Assembly: GCA_039630345.1 (NCBI GenBank)
Contig: JBCNVD010000035.1
Span: forward strand, 1 to 58,153
DNA: 58,153 nt
Source: Aquificaceae bacterium
GTDB lineage: Bacteria; Aquificota; Aquificia; Aquificales; Aquificaceae
Direction: 5' to 3'
Part shown: one piece after another, positions 27,625-38,333 of the stretch
Position numbering within the stretch: position 1 is the first letter of the stretch
Layout: each line of letters begins with the position of its first letter
Notes under the pieces: model-generated
Database searches by the model: none
What the model saw: only the letters and a program-made list of their open reading frames with translations
Told to the model about the DNA's origin: nothing
Program-made: the position numbers and the translations under genes

Positions 27625-29072
27625 AGGTTTAGTTTGCTCCAAATTTTAGATATTTTTTCTTTTACCTCACTTGACATCTCTATCACTTCTGGCCATATGC
27701 GGGTATAATTCTCTTGCTTTAATTTGCTGGTTGCGTCTATAATCATTTTTCCACCAAAACCAACCTCATTCGTGCTATGATCAAGTACATCTATTGGACC
27801 TTTGGTAATTAAAACATCCCTTGAAGGGTCGACATTGTTGCCCCAGGCCCATAGAACTTCTCCAAAGTCATGGACATTAATATCTTCATCAAACACTATT
27901 ATATGCTTTGTAAGAGACATAAGACCAAGACCAAGGAGTGCATAAGCTACCTTATAAGCATGACCGGGGTATCTTTTCTTTATAGAGACAAAACAGAAGT
28001 TATGAAAGCAGCCTTCCGCAGGCAGGTGATAATCAACAACTTCTGGCAGGTTAAATTTAATAAGGGGCAAAAATATTCTTTCTGTGGCAAAGCCAAGATA
28101 TTTATCCTCCTGAGGCGGTTTTCCGACTATAGTTGCAAGGTATATAGGCCTTTCTCTACTTAAAATTGCGGTTATTTTCATTCTGGGATATTTATCAACG
28201 GGTGTATAAAAGCCAGTATGATCTCCAAAAGGACCTTCATCGACTAAAGGTTCTGAAGGGTCAACATACCCCTCTATCACTATCTCTGCACTTGCGGGAT
28301 ATTCAACCTCAACAGTTAAACCTTTGATGAGCTCTACCCCACTTTCTTTTATAAGCCCTGCAAAGAGATACTCGTCCACCTCAGGTGGCAGTGGTGCAGA
28401 CGCGACATATGGTAAAACAGGGTCTCCGCCTATAACAATTGCCACATCAAGGCGCTTATTGAGTCTTTTTGCCTTCCAGTAGTGGTGATTGCCGTCTTTG
28501 TGAATTTGCCAGTGGATTATAAGCTCATTTGGTGAAAGAACCTGTATTCTATAGAGCCCTACATTTCTCACAGAGCTCTCCGGGTCTCTGGTAACAGTCT
28601 GGGCAAAGGTTATGTACCTTCCGCCGTCTTTTGGCCAACACTGAAGAATGGGAAATTCAAGAATATCTATTTTGTCCTTTTTTATGATTTCCTTTATAGG
28701 CCCATCTTTTACCACTCTTGGCAGGGAATCGTTGAGTTTTTTAAGCTCTGGAAGTTTTTTTAACTTCTCAAGGAATGTGTTTGGTATCTCGGGCCTTAAT
28801 AGTTTATATAGCTTCCAGCCAATGTCTTCAAGGTTTTCATAACCAAGGGCTAGTTTGATTCTTCTTTCAGAGCCATAGAGGTTTGTCAGAACGCTACTTT
28901 TATAACCTTTTACATTTTCAAATAGCAAAGCCTTTCCGCCGCCTGGCATTTTACAGACTCTATCTGTTATCTCTGTAATTTCCAGTATCGGGGATATTTC
29001 TTCCTTTATCCTTGCGAGTTCTCCGATGCTCTCTAGAGCTTTTATAAACTCTCTCAGGTCTTTATAGCCCAT
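27621..29072 (-). CDS. UbiD-family decarboxylase (menaquinone/futalosine pathway type)
   Basis: DLREFI..LE..GEL, CWPKDGG.YIT, EGPFGDHTGFY, GKPP.ED, LDHS. Confidence 0.92.
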   Translation of the reverse strand: MGYKDLREFIKALESIGELARIKEEISPILEITEITDRVCKMPGGGKALLFENVKGYKSSVLTNLYGSERRIKLALGYENLEDIGWKLYKLLRPEIPNTFLEKLKKLPELKKLNDSLPRVVKDGPIKEIIKKDKIDILEFPILQCWPKDGGRYITFAQTVTRDPESSVRNVGLYRIQVLSPNELIIHWQIHKDGNHHYWKAKRLNKRLDVAIVIGGDPVLPYVASAPLPPEVDEYLFAGLIKESGVELIKGLTVEVEYPASAEIVIEGYVDPSEPLVDEGPFGDHTGFYTPVDKYPRMKITAILSRERPIYLATIVGKPPQEDKYLGFATERIFLPLIKFNLPEVVDYHLPAEGCFHNFCFVSIKKRYPGHAYKVAYALLGLGLMSLTKHIIVFDEDINVHDFGEVLWAWGNNVDPSRDVLITKGPIDVLDHSTNEVGFGGKMIIDATSKLKQENYTRIWPEVIEMSSEVKEKISKIWSKLNL

Positions 29073-29092
29073 TTTTTAAGAATCTAAATTAA

Positions 29093-29139
29093 GCGCCTGT
29101 TAAGGCGCCAAAACTTTTTGCCCGCAAAGCGGGCGTTTT
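29093..29139. terminator. two short GC hairpins downstream of clpB
   Basis: GCGCCT-GTTA-AGGCGC and GCCCGC-AAA-GCGGGC with flanking A/T runs. Confidence 0.45.
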
Positions 29140-32058
29140 TTACAAAACAGAAAAATCCAGCTTCCCGTCTTTTAAATCTACCAGAACCTTCTGCCCTTCA
29201 GAGAGCTTTGAGCTAATTATCATGTTGGCAATCTGGTTTTCCAGGTGTTTTTGAAGGGTTCTTCTTAGAGGTCTTGCGCCAAAGGCAGGTTCAAATCCAA
29301 GGTTTATCAAGTGTTCTTTTGCGCTTTCAGTTAGCTCAAGGGATATGTTTTTTTCTGATAGTCTTGAGCGAATTGAATTTAGCATAAGCTCAAGGATTTT
29401 CTCAAGTTCTTCTTTGCCAAGCGGTTTAAACACCACGATTTCTTCAATTCTATTGAGAAACTCTGGTCTAAAGTAAAATCTTAGCTCTGAAAGGACTTTT
29501 TCCTGAGCGATTTCAAAGTCTTTTTCTCCTTTTATCTCAAGCAGATATTGAGAGCCTATGTTTGAGGTCATAATTATCACAGAGTTTCGAAAATCCACCG
29601 TCCTTCCCTGAGAGTCTGTAAGTCGTCCATCGTCCAAAACCTGCAAAAACAGGTCAAAGACCCTTGGATGAGCCTTTTCCACTTCATCGAGCAATATCAC
29701 GCAGTATGGGTTTCTTCTAACCGCTTCTGTTAGTTTTCCACCCTCTTCGTATCCAACATATCCAGGCGGTGCACCAATTAGTTTGGCAACGCTATGCTCC
29801 TCTTTAAACTCAGACATATCAAGCCTTATTAGAGTATCTTCGTCGTTAAATAAGAGCTCTGCTAAAGCTTTAGAAAGCTCTGTTTTACCAACGCCCGTTG
29901 GTCCAAGGAACAGAAAGCTCGCTATTGGTCTTTTAGGGTCTTTCAGTCCTGCCCTTGCCCTTCTTATGGCCTCTGCAACGGACTTTACAGCATGCTCTTG
30001 GTTTATTACTCTTTTGTGAAGCTCTTCCTCGAGCTTTAATAGCTTTTCGCCCTCTTCCTGTTTGATTTTGTTAACAGGCACTCCGCTCCAGCGAGAGACA
30101 ACAGCTGCAATGTCTTCCTCGTCAACTACAAGCTCTTTTGCCCTTTTGGTTTCTATGGCTTTTAGCTCCTTTTCCAGGTTTATTTTCTGGATTTTTAAGT
30201 TTGCTTCTGTTTCGTAATCGCCCCTTTCAGAGGCTTTAATAATTAGTTCGTCAAGAGCGCTTAGTTTTTGCCTGATTTCTTCCACCTTTGGCACAGATTC
30301 TTTTTGCATGACTTCTTTTTGTCTCTGAAGGTTTAGCATCTGGGATTTTAAAGACGCTTCAAGCTCGTAGTCTCCGCTTAAAAACGCCCTGTTTATTTGC
30401 TCCTGAAGCTGTTTGATTTTACGCTCAAGCTCCTGAAGTTTTGGGTCTGCTACATTTAAAGCTAGTTTCTTTCTTGCGCATGCCTGATCTAATGCGTCAA
30501 TTGCCTTGTCAGGAAGTTTTCTAAAGCTAATGTAGCGCTTTGTTAGTTTGACAGCTGCCTCTATGGCTTTTTCGGATATTGTAACTTTGTGGTGGCGCTC
30601 AAGTCTTGGTCTTAAGCCGTATAAAATCTCCTTTGCGTCTTCTTCCGAAGGCTCTTCAACCATTATTGGCTGAAATCTTCTCTCAAGCGCGGGGTCTTTT
30701 TCTATGTGTTTTCTGTATTCTTCGAGAGTTGTTGCACCAATGAGTCTTATCTCTCCGCGCGCAAGCGCGGGTTTTAGCATATTTCCCGCATCCATTGCCC
30801 CTTCTGATTTACCTGCACCCACAACTGTGTGAATTTCGTCTATAAAGAGGATAACTTCTGGCTTTGACTTTACCTCTTCAAGAAGACTTTTTAGTCTCTC
30901 TTCAAACTCGCCTCTGTATTTTGAGCCCGCAATCATTGAAGAGAGGTCTATACTTACTATTACCCTATCTTTTAAGTCCTGAGGGACTTCCTCGTTTATT
31001 ATTCTCTGGGCCAGTCCTTCGACTATTGCGGTTTTCCCAACGCCCGGGTCTCCAACAAGCACCGGGTTGTTTTTGCTCTTCCTTAGCAAAACCTCTATAA
31101 GCTGGTTGATTTCTTCCTCTCTTCCAATTACCGGGTCTAACTTGCCCTCTCTTGCGAGTTTTGTTAGGTCAGTTCCAAAGCGCTCAAGCGCGCTCTTTTC
31201 CTGCTCTTTTAGCTCAGACTCTTTCATATTTTCTCCTCCAAGGATTTGAGTTAGAAGTTTGCCACCAACAGAATTTTTTTGTTCTATTAAACTCGAGACT
31301 ATATGGTATAGTTCTACTCTTGATAAGCCTTCCGCTATTGCCTTTTCCTGAGCTTTTTCTAAAACATCAAATAGTTTTTTTGAGTAATCAAATACTGGCT
31401 CTTTGCCAAAGAGCTCTTTGTAAATTAAGTCAAAGTATCTATCCTCGCTTATGCCAAGCTCTGAGATTTGCCTAAGCACATCTGAGTTTTCCACATATTT
31501 TTTCACAAGGGCGTCTATGCCGATTTTTCCATTTACAAATGCCTGAGCGTCTTGAGTGCTAAACTGTGCTTCAAGAGCCTTTATAAAAGACTCGATTCTT
31601 GCGTTTATGTGAGCTTTTTGTTGCTCAAGCCTTGCTCTTTCTAGTTTTAGATTTTCAGCATACCATACATCCATGTATCTTGAAGCTCTTAGATATTCCT
31701 GATTTAGCTTCTCTATCTCTGATTCTATTTTTGATAGCTCTGATGTAATTTGACCCAGGTTTGATTTTAGCTCTATTAGCTTTGCTCTTAGTTCTATTAG
31801 TCTTTTTGCCTCCTGAGAGGCGACCCTCCTTATATCGGAAGATATTTTTTTTACGTATTCTTTTACTTTCTGTTTTAGTTCTGATGGGTCAATGCCTTTG
31901 CTTTTGAGTAATTTTGAAAGGGTTGAGGTTTCATCTTCTAAAAGTGCAATCAGAAGATGCTCTGTATCGACCTTGGTTTCATTTAGAGCTCTGGATATTG
32001 CTTCTGCGCTTTGCAGTAAATCTAATGCCCTCTTAGAGAGCATGTTCTTGCTAAACAT
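29140..32058 (-). CDS. clpB: ClpB-like Hsp100 AAA+ chaperone
   Basis: [50 protein letters not shown]; no IGF/LGF ClpP-docking loop. Confidence 0.85.
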   Translation of the reverse strand: MFSKNMLSKRALDLLQSAEAISRALNETKVDTEHLLIALLEDETSTLSKLLKSKGIDPSELKQKVKEYVKKISSDIRRVASQEAKRLIELRAKLIELKSNLGQITSELSKIESEIEKLNQEYLRASRYMDVWYAENLKLERARLEQQKAHINARIESFIKALEAQFSTQDAQAFVNGKIGIDALVKKYVENSDVLRQISELGISEDRYFDLIYKELFGKEPVFDYSKKLFDVLEKAQEKAIAEGLSRVELYHIVSSLIEQKNSVGGKLLTQILGGENMKESELKEQEKSALERFGTDLTKLAREGKLDPVIGREEEINQLIEVLLRKSKNNPVLVGDPGVGKTAIVEGLAQRIINEEVPQDLKDRVIVSIDLSSMIAGSKYRGEFEERLKSLLEEVKSKPEVILFIDEIHTVVGAGKSEGAMDAGNMLKPALARGEIRLIGATTLEEYRKHIEKDPALERRFQPIMVEEPSEEDAKEILYGLRPRLERHHKVTISEKAIEAAVKLTKRYISFRKLPDKAIDALDQACARKKLALNVADPKLQELERKIKQLQEQINRAFLSGDYELEASLKSQMLNLQRQKEVMQKESVPKVEEIRQKLSALDELIIKASERGDYETEANLKIQKINLEKELKAIETKRAKELVVDEEDIAAVVSRWSGVPVNKIKQEEGEKLLKLEEELHKRVINQEHAVKSVAEAIRRARAGLKDPKRPIASFLFLGPTGVGKTELSKALAELLFNDEDTLIRLDMSEFKEEHSVAKLIGAPPGYVGYEEGGKLTEAVRRNPYCVILLDEVEKAHPRVFDLFLQVLDDGRLTDSQGRTVDFRNSVIIMTSNIGSQYLLEIKGEKDFEIAQEKVLSELRFYFRPEFLNRIEEIVVFKPLGKEELEKILELMLNSIRSRLSEKNISLELTESAKEHLINLGFEPAFGARPLRRTLQKHLENQIANMIISSKLSEGQKVLVDLKDGKLDFSVL

Positions 32059-32104
32059 CTTAAAAAATATTTTAGTTCAAAGCCAGCATGATAAAATCTA
32101 AAGA

Positions 32105-33268
32105 ATGCTTGAGCTTGCAGAGAGGATAAAGGCTCTTCCGCCTTATCTTTTTGCCCAGATAGATAGTCTAAAGCGTCAAAAACTCGCTCAGGGCGTTGAT
32201 GTTATAGACCTTGGGGTTGGTGACCCTGACCTTCCAACGCCTGAGGCCATTCTAGAGGCTATGATAAAGGCGGTTAAAAACCCAGCCCATCACAAATACC
32301 CTTCTTACGAAGGCATGATTGAATTTAGATGGGCAGTTGCCAAATACTACAAAAGGCGCTTTGGGGTAGATTTAGACCCTGATAAAGAAGTCCTTGCCCT
32401 GATTGGCTCAAAAGAGGGAATTGCCCATTTGCCCCTTGGGATTTTAAACCCTGGCGATTTGGTCCTTTGCCCTGACCCTTGTTATCCGCCATATAAAAAC
32501 GGGGCGATCCTTGCAAGCGCGGATATTTACAACCTTCCGCTTAGGTGGGAAAATGACTTTTTACCGGACCTTGAATCAGTGCCTAAGCAGGTCCTAGAGA
32601 GGGCAAAACTCATATGGATAAACTACCCAAACAACCCAACATCCGCAGGCGCAACCCTTGACTTTTACAAAAAGCTCGTGGCTTTTGCAAAAAAACACGG
32701 CCTTTATATTGCCAGCGACCTTGCTTATTCGGAAATCTACACAGGCTTAGAAAAACCCCCTTCGATACTGGAAGTTGAGGGCGCAAAAGACATAGCCATA
32801 GAGTTTTATTCATTTTCAAAAACCTTCAATATGGCAGGCTGGCGCCTAGGCGCTGCCGTTGGCAACACAGACCTTATCAAAGCCCTTGGCAAGGTCAAAA
32901 CCAACATAGACTCCGGGCAGTTTCAGGCAATCCAGGAGGCAGGAATAAGAGCTCTTGAGCTCCCTGAGGAAGAACTCAATCAAATAAGGGCAGTTTACAG
33001 AGAGAGAAGACAGAGTATGCAATCCGCCCTTCGGGCGATAAATATAGAGGTATACCCTTCAGAATTTACCTTCTATCTTTGGGCAAAAGTCCCCAAAGGG
33101 CACGATTCAGCCGGGTTTGTAAGTCTTTTACTAAATGAGTGCGGCATTGTTTGCACGCCCGGAACTGGTTTTGGTCCATCCGGTGAGGGGTTTTTTAGAA
33201 TTTCTCTAACCTTACCTACTACTAGACTCCTCGAAGCCTGTGAGCGTATAATGAAGCTAAAAATATGA
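32105..33268 (+). CDS. class I/II PLP aminotransferase, probable LL-diaminopimelate aminotransferase
   Basis: LPPYLFA, DLGVGDPD, GSKEG, NYPNNPT, SFSKTFNMAGWR.G, K.NIDSG.F. Confidence 0.85.
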   Translation: MLELAERIKALPPYLFAQIDSLKRQKLAQGVDVIDLGVGDPDLPTPEAILEAMIKAVKNPAHHKYPSYEGMIEFRWAVAKYYKRRFGVDLDPDKEVLALIGSKEGIAHLPLGILNPGDLVLCPDPCYPPYKNGAILASADIYNLPLRWENDFLPDLESVPKQVLERAKLIWINYPNNPTSAGATLDFYKKLVAFAKKHGLYIASDLAYSEIYTGLEKPPSILEVEGAKDIAIEFYSFSKTFNMAGWRLGAAVGNTDLIKALGKVKTNIDSGQFQAIQEAGIRALELPEEELNQIRAVYRERRQSMQSALRAINIEVYPSEFTFYLWAKVPKGHDSAGFVSLLLNECGIVCTPGTGFGPSGEGFFRISLTLPTTRLLEACERIMKLKI

Positions 33269-34737
33269 GAGAAAACTGGCAAAGCCAGATTGGCCTTATT
33301 TTCTCCGCCGCAGGCAATGCAATAGGTCTTGGAAACTTGCTCAGGTTTCCCTCAAAGGTTGCACTCTATGGTGGCGGGGCCTTTATGGTTCCTTACTTTT
33401 TAGCGCTTCTCCTGGTTGGAATACCCTTAATGATTCTTGAGTGGGTTGTTGGAAAGTTTGCAGGTCAGCGTGGGAAGGGCTCTATGGTGGGAATTTTCGG
33501 AGAGCTCTTTGATCAAAACCCCGTTGCAAGAGTGATAGGCTCTTTGGGGGTTGTTATCCCTTTGCTTATTGCATGTTATTACATTTACATAGAGTCCTGG
33601 ACTTTGGCTTATGGAATCCTTTCGCTATTTGGCTCTTTGCCAGAAGGGACCACAAGGATGGAACCATTCCTGGAGTTTTTTAAATCCTTTATAGCACCTT
33701 CTTTGACGGCTGTTTTTTTTCTGATAATAACGCTTTTGATAAACTGGATTATCCTGCAAAGGGGAGTGGTAAAAGGGATTGAACTTACCGCAAAGTTTGG
33801 AATCCCTGCGCTTTTGATGATGGGAATATTTCTCTCTATTATCACGCTCTTACTGGGTGGTGGAAAGGGCTTTCAGGGGCTTTTATACACTTTTACACCT
33901 GACTTTTCGGCACTTAAAAACCCTCAGGTCTGGCTTGAAGCTTCAGGGCAGGTGTTTTTTACGCTCTCTCTCGGTATGGGTGCTATAGCCACTTACGCAA
34001 GCTATGTAAGGCAAAATCAGGATGTTTTAAAAGCAGGGCTTATGACCGCGGGTTTAAATGAGTTTGTGGAGGTTGTAATAGGTGCAAGTATTGCCTTGCC
34101 TGCCGCGTTTGCACTCTTTGGCGCAGCTTCTATTAATGAGCTTGCAAAAGAAGGAACTTTTAGAATTGGATTTGTGTCAATGCCCGCAGTTCTTACCTCT
34201 TTACCCCTTGGAGAGCTCTTAAGCGCCATATGGTTTTTTCTCCTTTTTCTTGCTGCTTTGACCTCCTCGCTTGCACTTGCCCAGCCTGTTATCGCATTGC
34301 TTGAAGAGGAGCTAAAGCTCTCTCACAGCGCTTCTGTCAATGTTACGATGATAATAATCTCAATAGGCGCATTTTTATCTGCATATGTTCCTAACTTTAT
34401 AGACGAGCTTGATTTCTGGGCAGGCACTTTTATGCTTGTTTTGTTTGCCCTCTTGGAGGTTCTTCTGTTTGTGTGGATTTTTGGACCCTCTAAGTTTCAT
34501 GCTGAGCTTGTTCGTGATGCTTTTATCCAGATTCCAAAGCCTGTTTTGTATTTTTTTGGTGTAGTATCCCCGCTATTTCTCGGGATGCTTTTATATCAGT
34601 GGGGTATATCAAAAGCCCCTGATGTTTTATCAAATGCAAATAAAGGGGTTACTATTGCCCGGATTTTTATAGTTTTGATTTTCGCTTTGGTCATCTCAGT
34701 AGCTATATTTAAAAGAAGTGCCAATCCTCGTAGCTAG
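33265..34737 (+). CDS. sodium-dependent transporter, NSS/SNF (LeuT-like) family
   Basis: AGNAIGLGNLLRFP, GGGAF.VPY, GQVFFTLSLG.G, AALTSS. Confidence 0.93.
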   Translation: MRENWQSQIGLIFSAAGNAIGLGNLLRFPSKVALYGGGAFMVPYFLALLLVGIPLMILEWVVGKFAGQRGKGSMVGIFGELFDQNPVARVIGSLGVVIPLLIACYYIYIESWTLAYGILSLFGSLPEGTTRMEPFLEFFKSFIAPSLTAVFFLIITLLINWIILQRGVVKGIELTAKFGIPALLMMGIFLSIITLLLGGGKGFQGLLYTFTPDFSALKNPQVWLEASGQVFFTLSLGMGAIATYASYVRQNQDVLKAGLMTAGLNEFVEVVIGASIALPAAFALFGAASINELAKEGTFRIGFVSMPAVLTSLPLGELLSAIWFFLLFLAALTSSLALAQPVIALLEEELKLSHSASVNVTMIIISIGAFLSAYVPNFIDELDFWAGTFMLVLFALLEVLLFVWIFGPSKFHAELVRDAFIQIPKPVLYFFGVVSPLFLGMLLYQWGISKAPDVLSNANKGVTIARIFIVLIFALVISVAIFKRSANPRS

Positions 34738-35848
34738 CTCTATATATAAATCCTTCCCATACCCTAAAAATCATCCTCTCAGGGTGCCAAGGGTGAGTGC
34801 TTTTGTTGACTTTCTGTTTGCTATGGAACTTTTAAGACAGGACGAATTGCTTGAGCCAAGAATGGCTAAAGAGGAAGAGCTGTTACTGTTTCATCAAAAA
34901 GATTACATTCAGGCACTTAAAGATGCGTCTGGAGGATATTTTAGGTCATATTTTAGAGAGCGATTTAACATAGGTAGTTTTGAAAATCCGGTCTGTCCTG
35001 CGAGCTACTGGGGGTCTTTGTATGCAACAGGTGCGTCTATTCAGGTAGTTGAGCTTTTTTTAAATTCAAAAATAGGCTTTAATCCCGCAGGAGGTATGCA
35101 TCACGCTTATCCTGACCGTGCAAATGGCTTTTGCTTTATCAATGACCCTGGTATAGTATTATCTTATCTTTTAAAAAAGGGCTTTGAGAGGGTTTTATAT
35201 ATAGATCTAGACGCGCATCATGCAGATGGAGTGCAGGATTTTTTTTATGAAGACAGAAGGGTCTTTGTCCTGTCTTTTCACCAATCACCGTCTTATGCCT
35301 TTCCTTTTAACCGGGGCTATCTAAGAGAGCTCGGCAGTGGTCCTGGGTTTGGTTATAACCTTAATGTAGAACTGCCCAAGAATACAAACGATGAAGAGTA
35401 TATGTTTCTCTTTGAGAGGATTTTATACACTGTCGTTGAGAGATTTAAGCCCGAAATTTATGTTCTGCAACTTGGAACAGATGCACTTAAAGAGGACTAT
35501 CTTTCTAAGCTATCTATATCTAACCTTGCCCTCCTTGAGGCTTTTAGATATGTAAATAGTCTCTTAGGTAGTGGGATTTATCTTGGAGGTGGTGGGTATA
35601 ATCCTATCTCAACCATAAGGGCATGGACAGTAATTTGGTGTGAAATAAGCAAAAGAAGACTGCCCGAAACTATCAATCAAAAAGGAGTAGAACTCTTAAA
35701 GTCTCTGGAATTTACCGATTTTGACGAAAATGATTTCGAGCATCTTTTTTTAGCTCTTCTTGATAAACCCCAAAGCGGGGGCATTCGCCCCCATTTTCAT
35801 AATATCCTGAGAGATACTCTTGAGGCTTTTCTCAGCGCTTTCTGCTAA
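34718..35848 (+). CDS. acuC: histone deacetylase-like protein (AcuC/HDLP)
   Basis: GGMHHA, GFCFIND, IDLDAHHADG, LG.D, GGGGY. Confidence 0.88.
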   Translation: MPILVASSIYKSFPYPKNHPLRVPRVSAFVDFLFAMELLRQDELLEPRMAKEEELLLFHQKDYIQALKDASGGYFRSYFRERFNIGSFENPVCPASYWGSLYATGASIQVVELFLNSKIGFNPAGGMHHAYPDRANGFCFINDPGIVLSYLLKKGFERVLYIDLDAHHADGVQDFFYEDRRVFVLSFHQSPSYAFPFNRGYLRELGSGPGFGYNLNVELPKNTNDEEYMFLFERILYTVVERFKPEIYVLQLGTDALKEDYLSKLSISNLALLEAFRYVNSLLGSGIYLGGGGYNPISTIRAWTVIWCEISKRRLPETINQKGVELLKSLEFTDFDENDFEHLFLALLDKPQSGGIRPHFHNILRDTLEAFLSAFC

Positions 35849-36077
35849 AGCGTATCAGTTTGCCGTCCTTTGCATCTATAAGGGCGGTCCCCTCAGAACC
35901 TCTTACTCTGTAAGCGCACTCGCCGGTTTTTTTGCTTTGAGATAGAGTCACTCCCTGAACTGTGCCTACCTGTGCTTTTGCGGCGTTTATTGCCTGTTCG
36001 ATGCTAATTGCCGGTATGCATTGTTGCTCCTGTGCAAAGCCAGCAGAGATTAGCAAAGCTAAAATAACAGCTTTCAT
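35832..36077 (-). CDS. small exported PepSY-domain protein
   Basis: Signal peptide, IS.EQAI..A, IDAKDG; two Cys. Confidence 0.75.
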   Translation of the reverse strand: MKAVILALLISAGFAQEQQCIPAISIEQAINAAKAQVGTVQGVTLSQSKKTGECAYRVRGSEGTALIDAKDGKLIRFSRKR

Positions 36078-36292
36078 GCTCTTACCTCCTTTTTCATTTC
36101 CTTAACTACCTCCTCTAGCGTTTTGAGAAAGGCGTCGAGTCTGTCTTCAAATACCATCAGCCTGACTTTTTTATCATCTCTTTGCTCGGATATTACAAGA
36201 TATGCCGAGCCATCCCTGCCTCTTTTTACATCAAAATAATAAGTGCGTTTACCTGCCAATAGTCTTTTGGAGAAGACCTTACCGTTCTCCAC
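36074..36292 (-). CDS. PUR-family (DUF3276-like) nucleic-acid-binding protein
   Basis: FSK.L.AGKRTYYFDVK......YL.ISE. Confidence 0.85.
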   Translation of the reverse strand: MENGKVFSKRLLAGKRTYYFDVKRGRDGSAYLVISEQRDDKKVRLMVFEDRLDAFLKTLEEVVKEMKKEVRA

Positions 36293-36316
36293 CTTGCTCC
36301 CTCTCCTTGGAAAATT

Positions 36317-36826
36317 TTAAAGAAGTTCTTTTACCTTTTTAAGCGCCTGTTCGTAGTCTGGCTCCTGAGTAATTTCGGGCACAATTTCCTGATAGTGAAT
36401 TTTGCCATCTTTTGAGATTACAAAAACAGCCCTTGCCAAGATACCTTTCAATGCGCCTTCTGCTATTAAAACGCCATACTTTTCCATATCCCTGTAGCGA
36501 AAGTCAGATGCGACTATTATTTTGTCTATATTAAAACTTTCGCAAAAGCGCTTTTGGGCAAAGGGAAGGTCCATAGAAACAACTGTAAGCTCAATATTAT
36601 CCACTCCTGCTATTAGCTCGTTGAACTTCTTGGTCTCTGTTTCGCAAACTGGCGTATCCAGAGAGGGGACAGATACTATTATCTGAACCTTATCCTTTGA
36701 GCCTCCTGCTATATGCTCTTGGAGGTCTTTTGTAACCAAAGTAACATAAGGTGCAACATCACCCTCTTTGAGTTCAGGACCGCACAAAGTAATGGGATTT
36801 CCCTTTAAGTTTACCTGCTTTGCCAT
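36317..36826 (-). CDS. tpx: thiol peroxidase
   Basis: VPSLDTPVC, SMDLPFAQKRFC, LARAVFV, EPDY. Confidence 0.96.
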   Translation of the reverse strand: MAKQVNLKGNPITLCGPELKEGDVAPYVTLVTKDLQEHIAGGSKDKVQIIVSVPSLDTPVCETETKKFNELIAGVDNIELTVVSMDLPFAQKRFCESFNIDKIIVASDFRYRDMEKYGVLIAEGALKGILARAVFVISKDGKIHYQEIVPEITQEPDYEQALKKVKELL

Positions 36827-36852
36827 GGCTTACCTCCTTCCCCTATTTTAAC

Positions 36853-38061
36853 CTAGAAAAGGTGCCCTAGCTTTTCTTTTTTGGTTTGCAGGTATTTTTG
36901 ATTGTGCTCGCACGGCGGTATTTTAAGAGGAACTCTCTCTACAACTTCAAGCCCATAACCTTCAAGAGCTATAATTTTGCGAGGGTTATTGGTAAGGAGC
37001 TTCATTTTTCTTACCCCAAGGTCAAGAAGGATTTGAACCCCTATCCCATACTCTCTTAAATCTGCCGGGTAACCAAGGGTTTCGTTTGCCTCTGCTGTAT
37101 CATAACCCTGGTCTTGCAGATGATAGGCCTTTATTTTGTTAACTATCCCTATGCCCCTGCCTTCATGACCCATTATGTAGACCAAAACCCCCTTTCCTGC
37201 GCTTGCTATAGCTTCCATCGCGCTCTCTAGTTGACCTCTGCAGTCACATCTTAGAGATTTAAATACATCTCCTGTTAGGCACTCAGAGTGTACCCTTACA
37301 AGAACCGGCTCGTCTTCTTCCCACTGACCCATTGTTAGAGCTACCTGCTCTTCTTTTGTGATTTTGTGCTTATATGCATGTATGTAGAAAAGTCCATGGC
37401 GCGTGGGCAAAGATGCGGTTGCTTCTCTAACAACGAGTCTTTCGCGCTTTAGACGATATCTGATAAGGTCTGCAATGGTTACTATCTTTAGATTAAATCT
37501 CTTTGCAAATTCAATCAGGTCTGGCACGCGTGCCATCGTGCCGTCTTCTTTCATAATCTCGCATATCACCCCTGCAGGATAGCACCCTGCCAGCTTTGCC
37601 AGATCAACAGATGCTTCTGTATGACCTGCTCTTTGCAAGACTCCTCCCGGCCTGGCTCTTAAGGTAAAGACATGACCGGGTCTTACAAAATCTGTCGGTT
37701 TGACTTCTGGGCATACCGCAAGTTTTATCGTTTTTGCCCTGTCAAAGGCTGATATGCCGGTTGATGTGCCAAATCTTGGGTGAGCATCTATAGGAGTGCA
37801 GAATGCGGTCCCTTTCTGGTCTGAAGGATAGCTGCTAAGGAGTTCAAGCCCGAGTTCCTGGCATCGCTCCTGAGTTAGAGAAAGGCATATCAAACCTCTT
37901 CCATACTTTGCCATGAAGTTTATGGCTTCGGGGGTTACCTTCTCCGCAGCCATAACCAAATCCCCTTCGTTTTCACGCGAAGGGTCGTCTACAACGATGA
38001 CCATCCTGCCTTCGGCGATATCCGCTATTGCTTCCTCTACTGAGTTAAATTCAAAAGTCAT
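36853..38061 (-). CDS. ribBA: bifunctional DHBP synthase / GTP cyclohydrolase II
   Basis: RENEGD, RAGHTEA, VRVHSECLTGD, RCDC, EGRGIG, LLTNNP.K. Confidence 0.97.
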   Translation of the reverse strand: MTFEFNSVEEAIADIAEGRMVIVVDDPSRENEGDLVMAAEKVTPEAINFMAKYGRGLICLSLTQERCQELGLELLSSYPSDQKGTAFCTPIDAHPRFGTSTGISAFDRAKTIKLAVCPEVKPTDFVRPGHVFTLRARPGGVLQRAGHTEASVDLAKLAGCYPAGVICEIMKEDGTMARVPDLIEFAKRFNLKIVTIADLIRYRLKRERLVVREATASLPTRHGLFYIHAYKHKITKEEQVALTMGQWEEDEPVLVRVHSECLTGDVFKSLRCDCRGQLESAMEAIASAGKGVLVYIMGHEGRGIGIVNKIKAYHLQDQGYDTAEANETLGYPADLREYGIGVQILLDLGVRKMKLLTNNPRKIIALEGYGLEVVERVPLKIPPCEHNQKYLQTKKEKLGHLF

Positions 38062-38309
38062 TGTCCCTCTTTGGATTGCTTGTTTTTGTCTCCCTGAACT
38101 GTGTTTTTTATGGTCTTATATATGTTGTCTATTATGCTCTCTCTGTGAGCTTGCTGGAGCTCTACAGCCTTGGCATCCCCAAGCCCTTTCTTGAGATCTT
38201 CTCTGTATTCACTGCGGGCTTTTTCTGCGTATTTGCCACCATAGTGAACCCAGAAGTGGTCTATAAGTAGCATCGCTATCAAAAGCCCTACAATCCACTT
38301 AAATACCAT
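38058..38309 (-). CDS. small single-TM hypothetical protein
   Basis: ATG at 38309 followed by a hydrophobic helix; stop overlaps the ribBA start (ATGA). Confidence 0.65.
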   Translation of the reverse strand: MVFKWIVGLLIAMLLIDHFWVHYGGKYAEKARSEYREDLKKGLGDAKAVELQQAHRESIIDNIYKTIKNTVQGDKNKQSKEGQ

Positions 38310-38333
38310 AATGCCAGATAAAATATTACCCGC

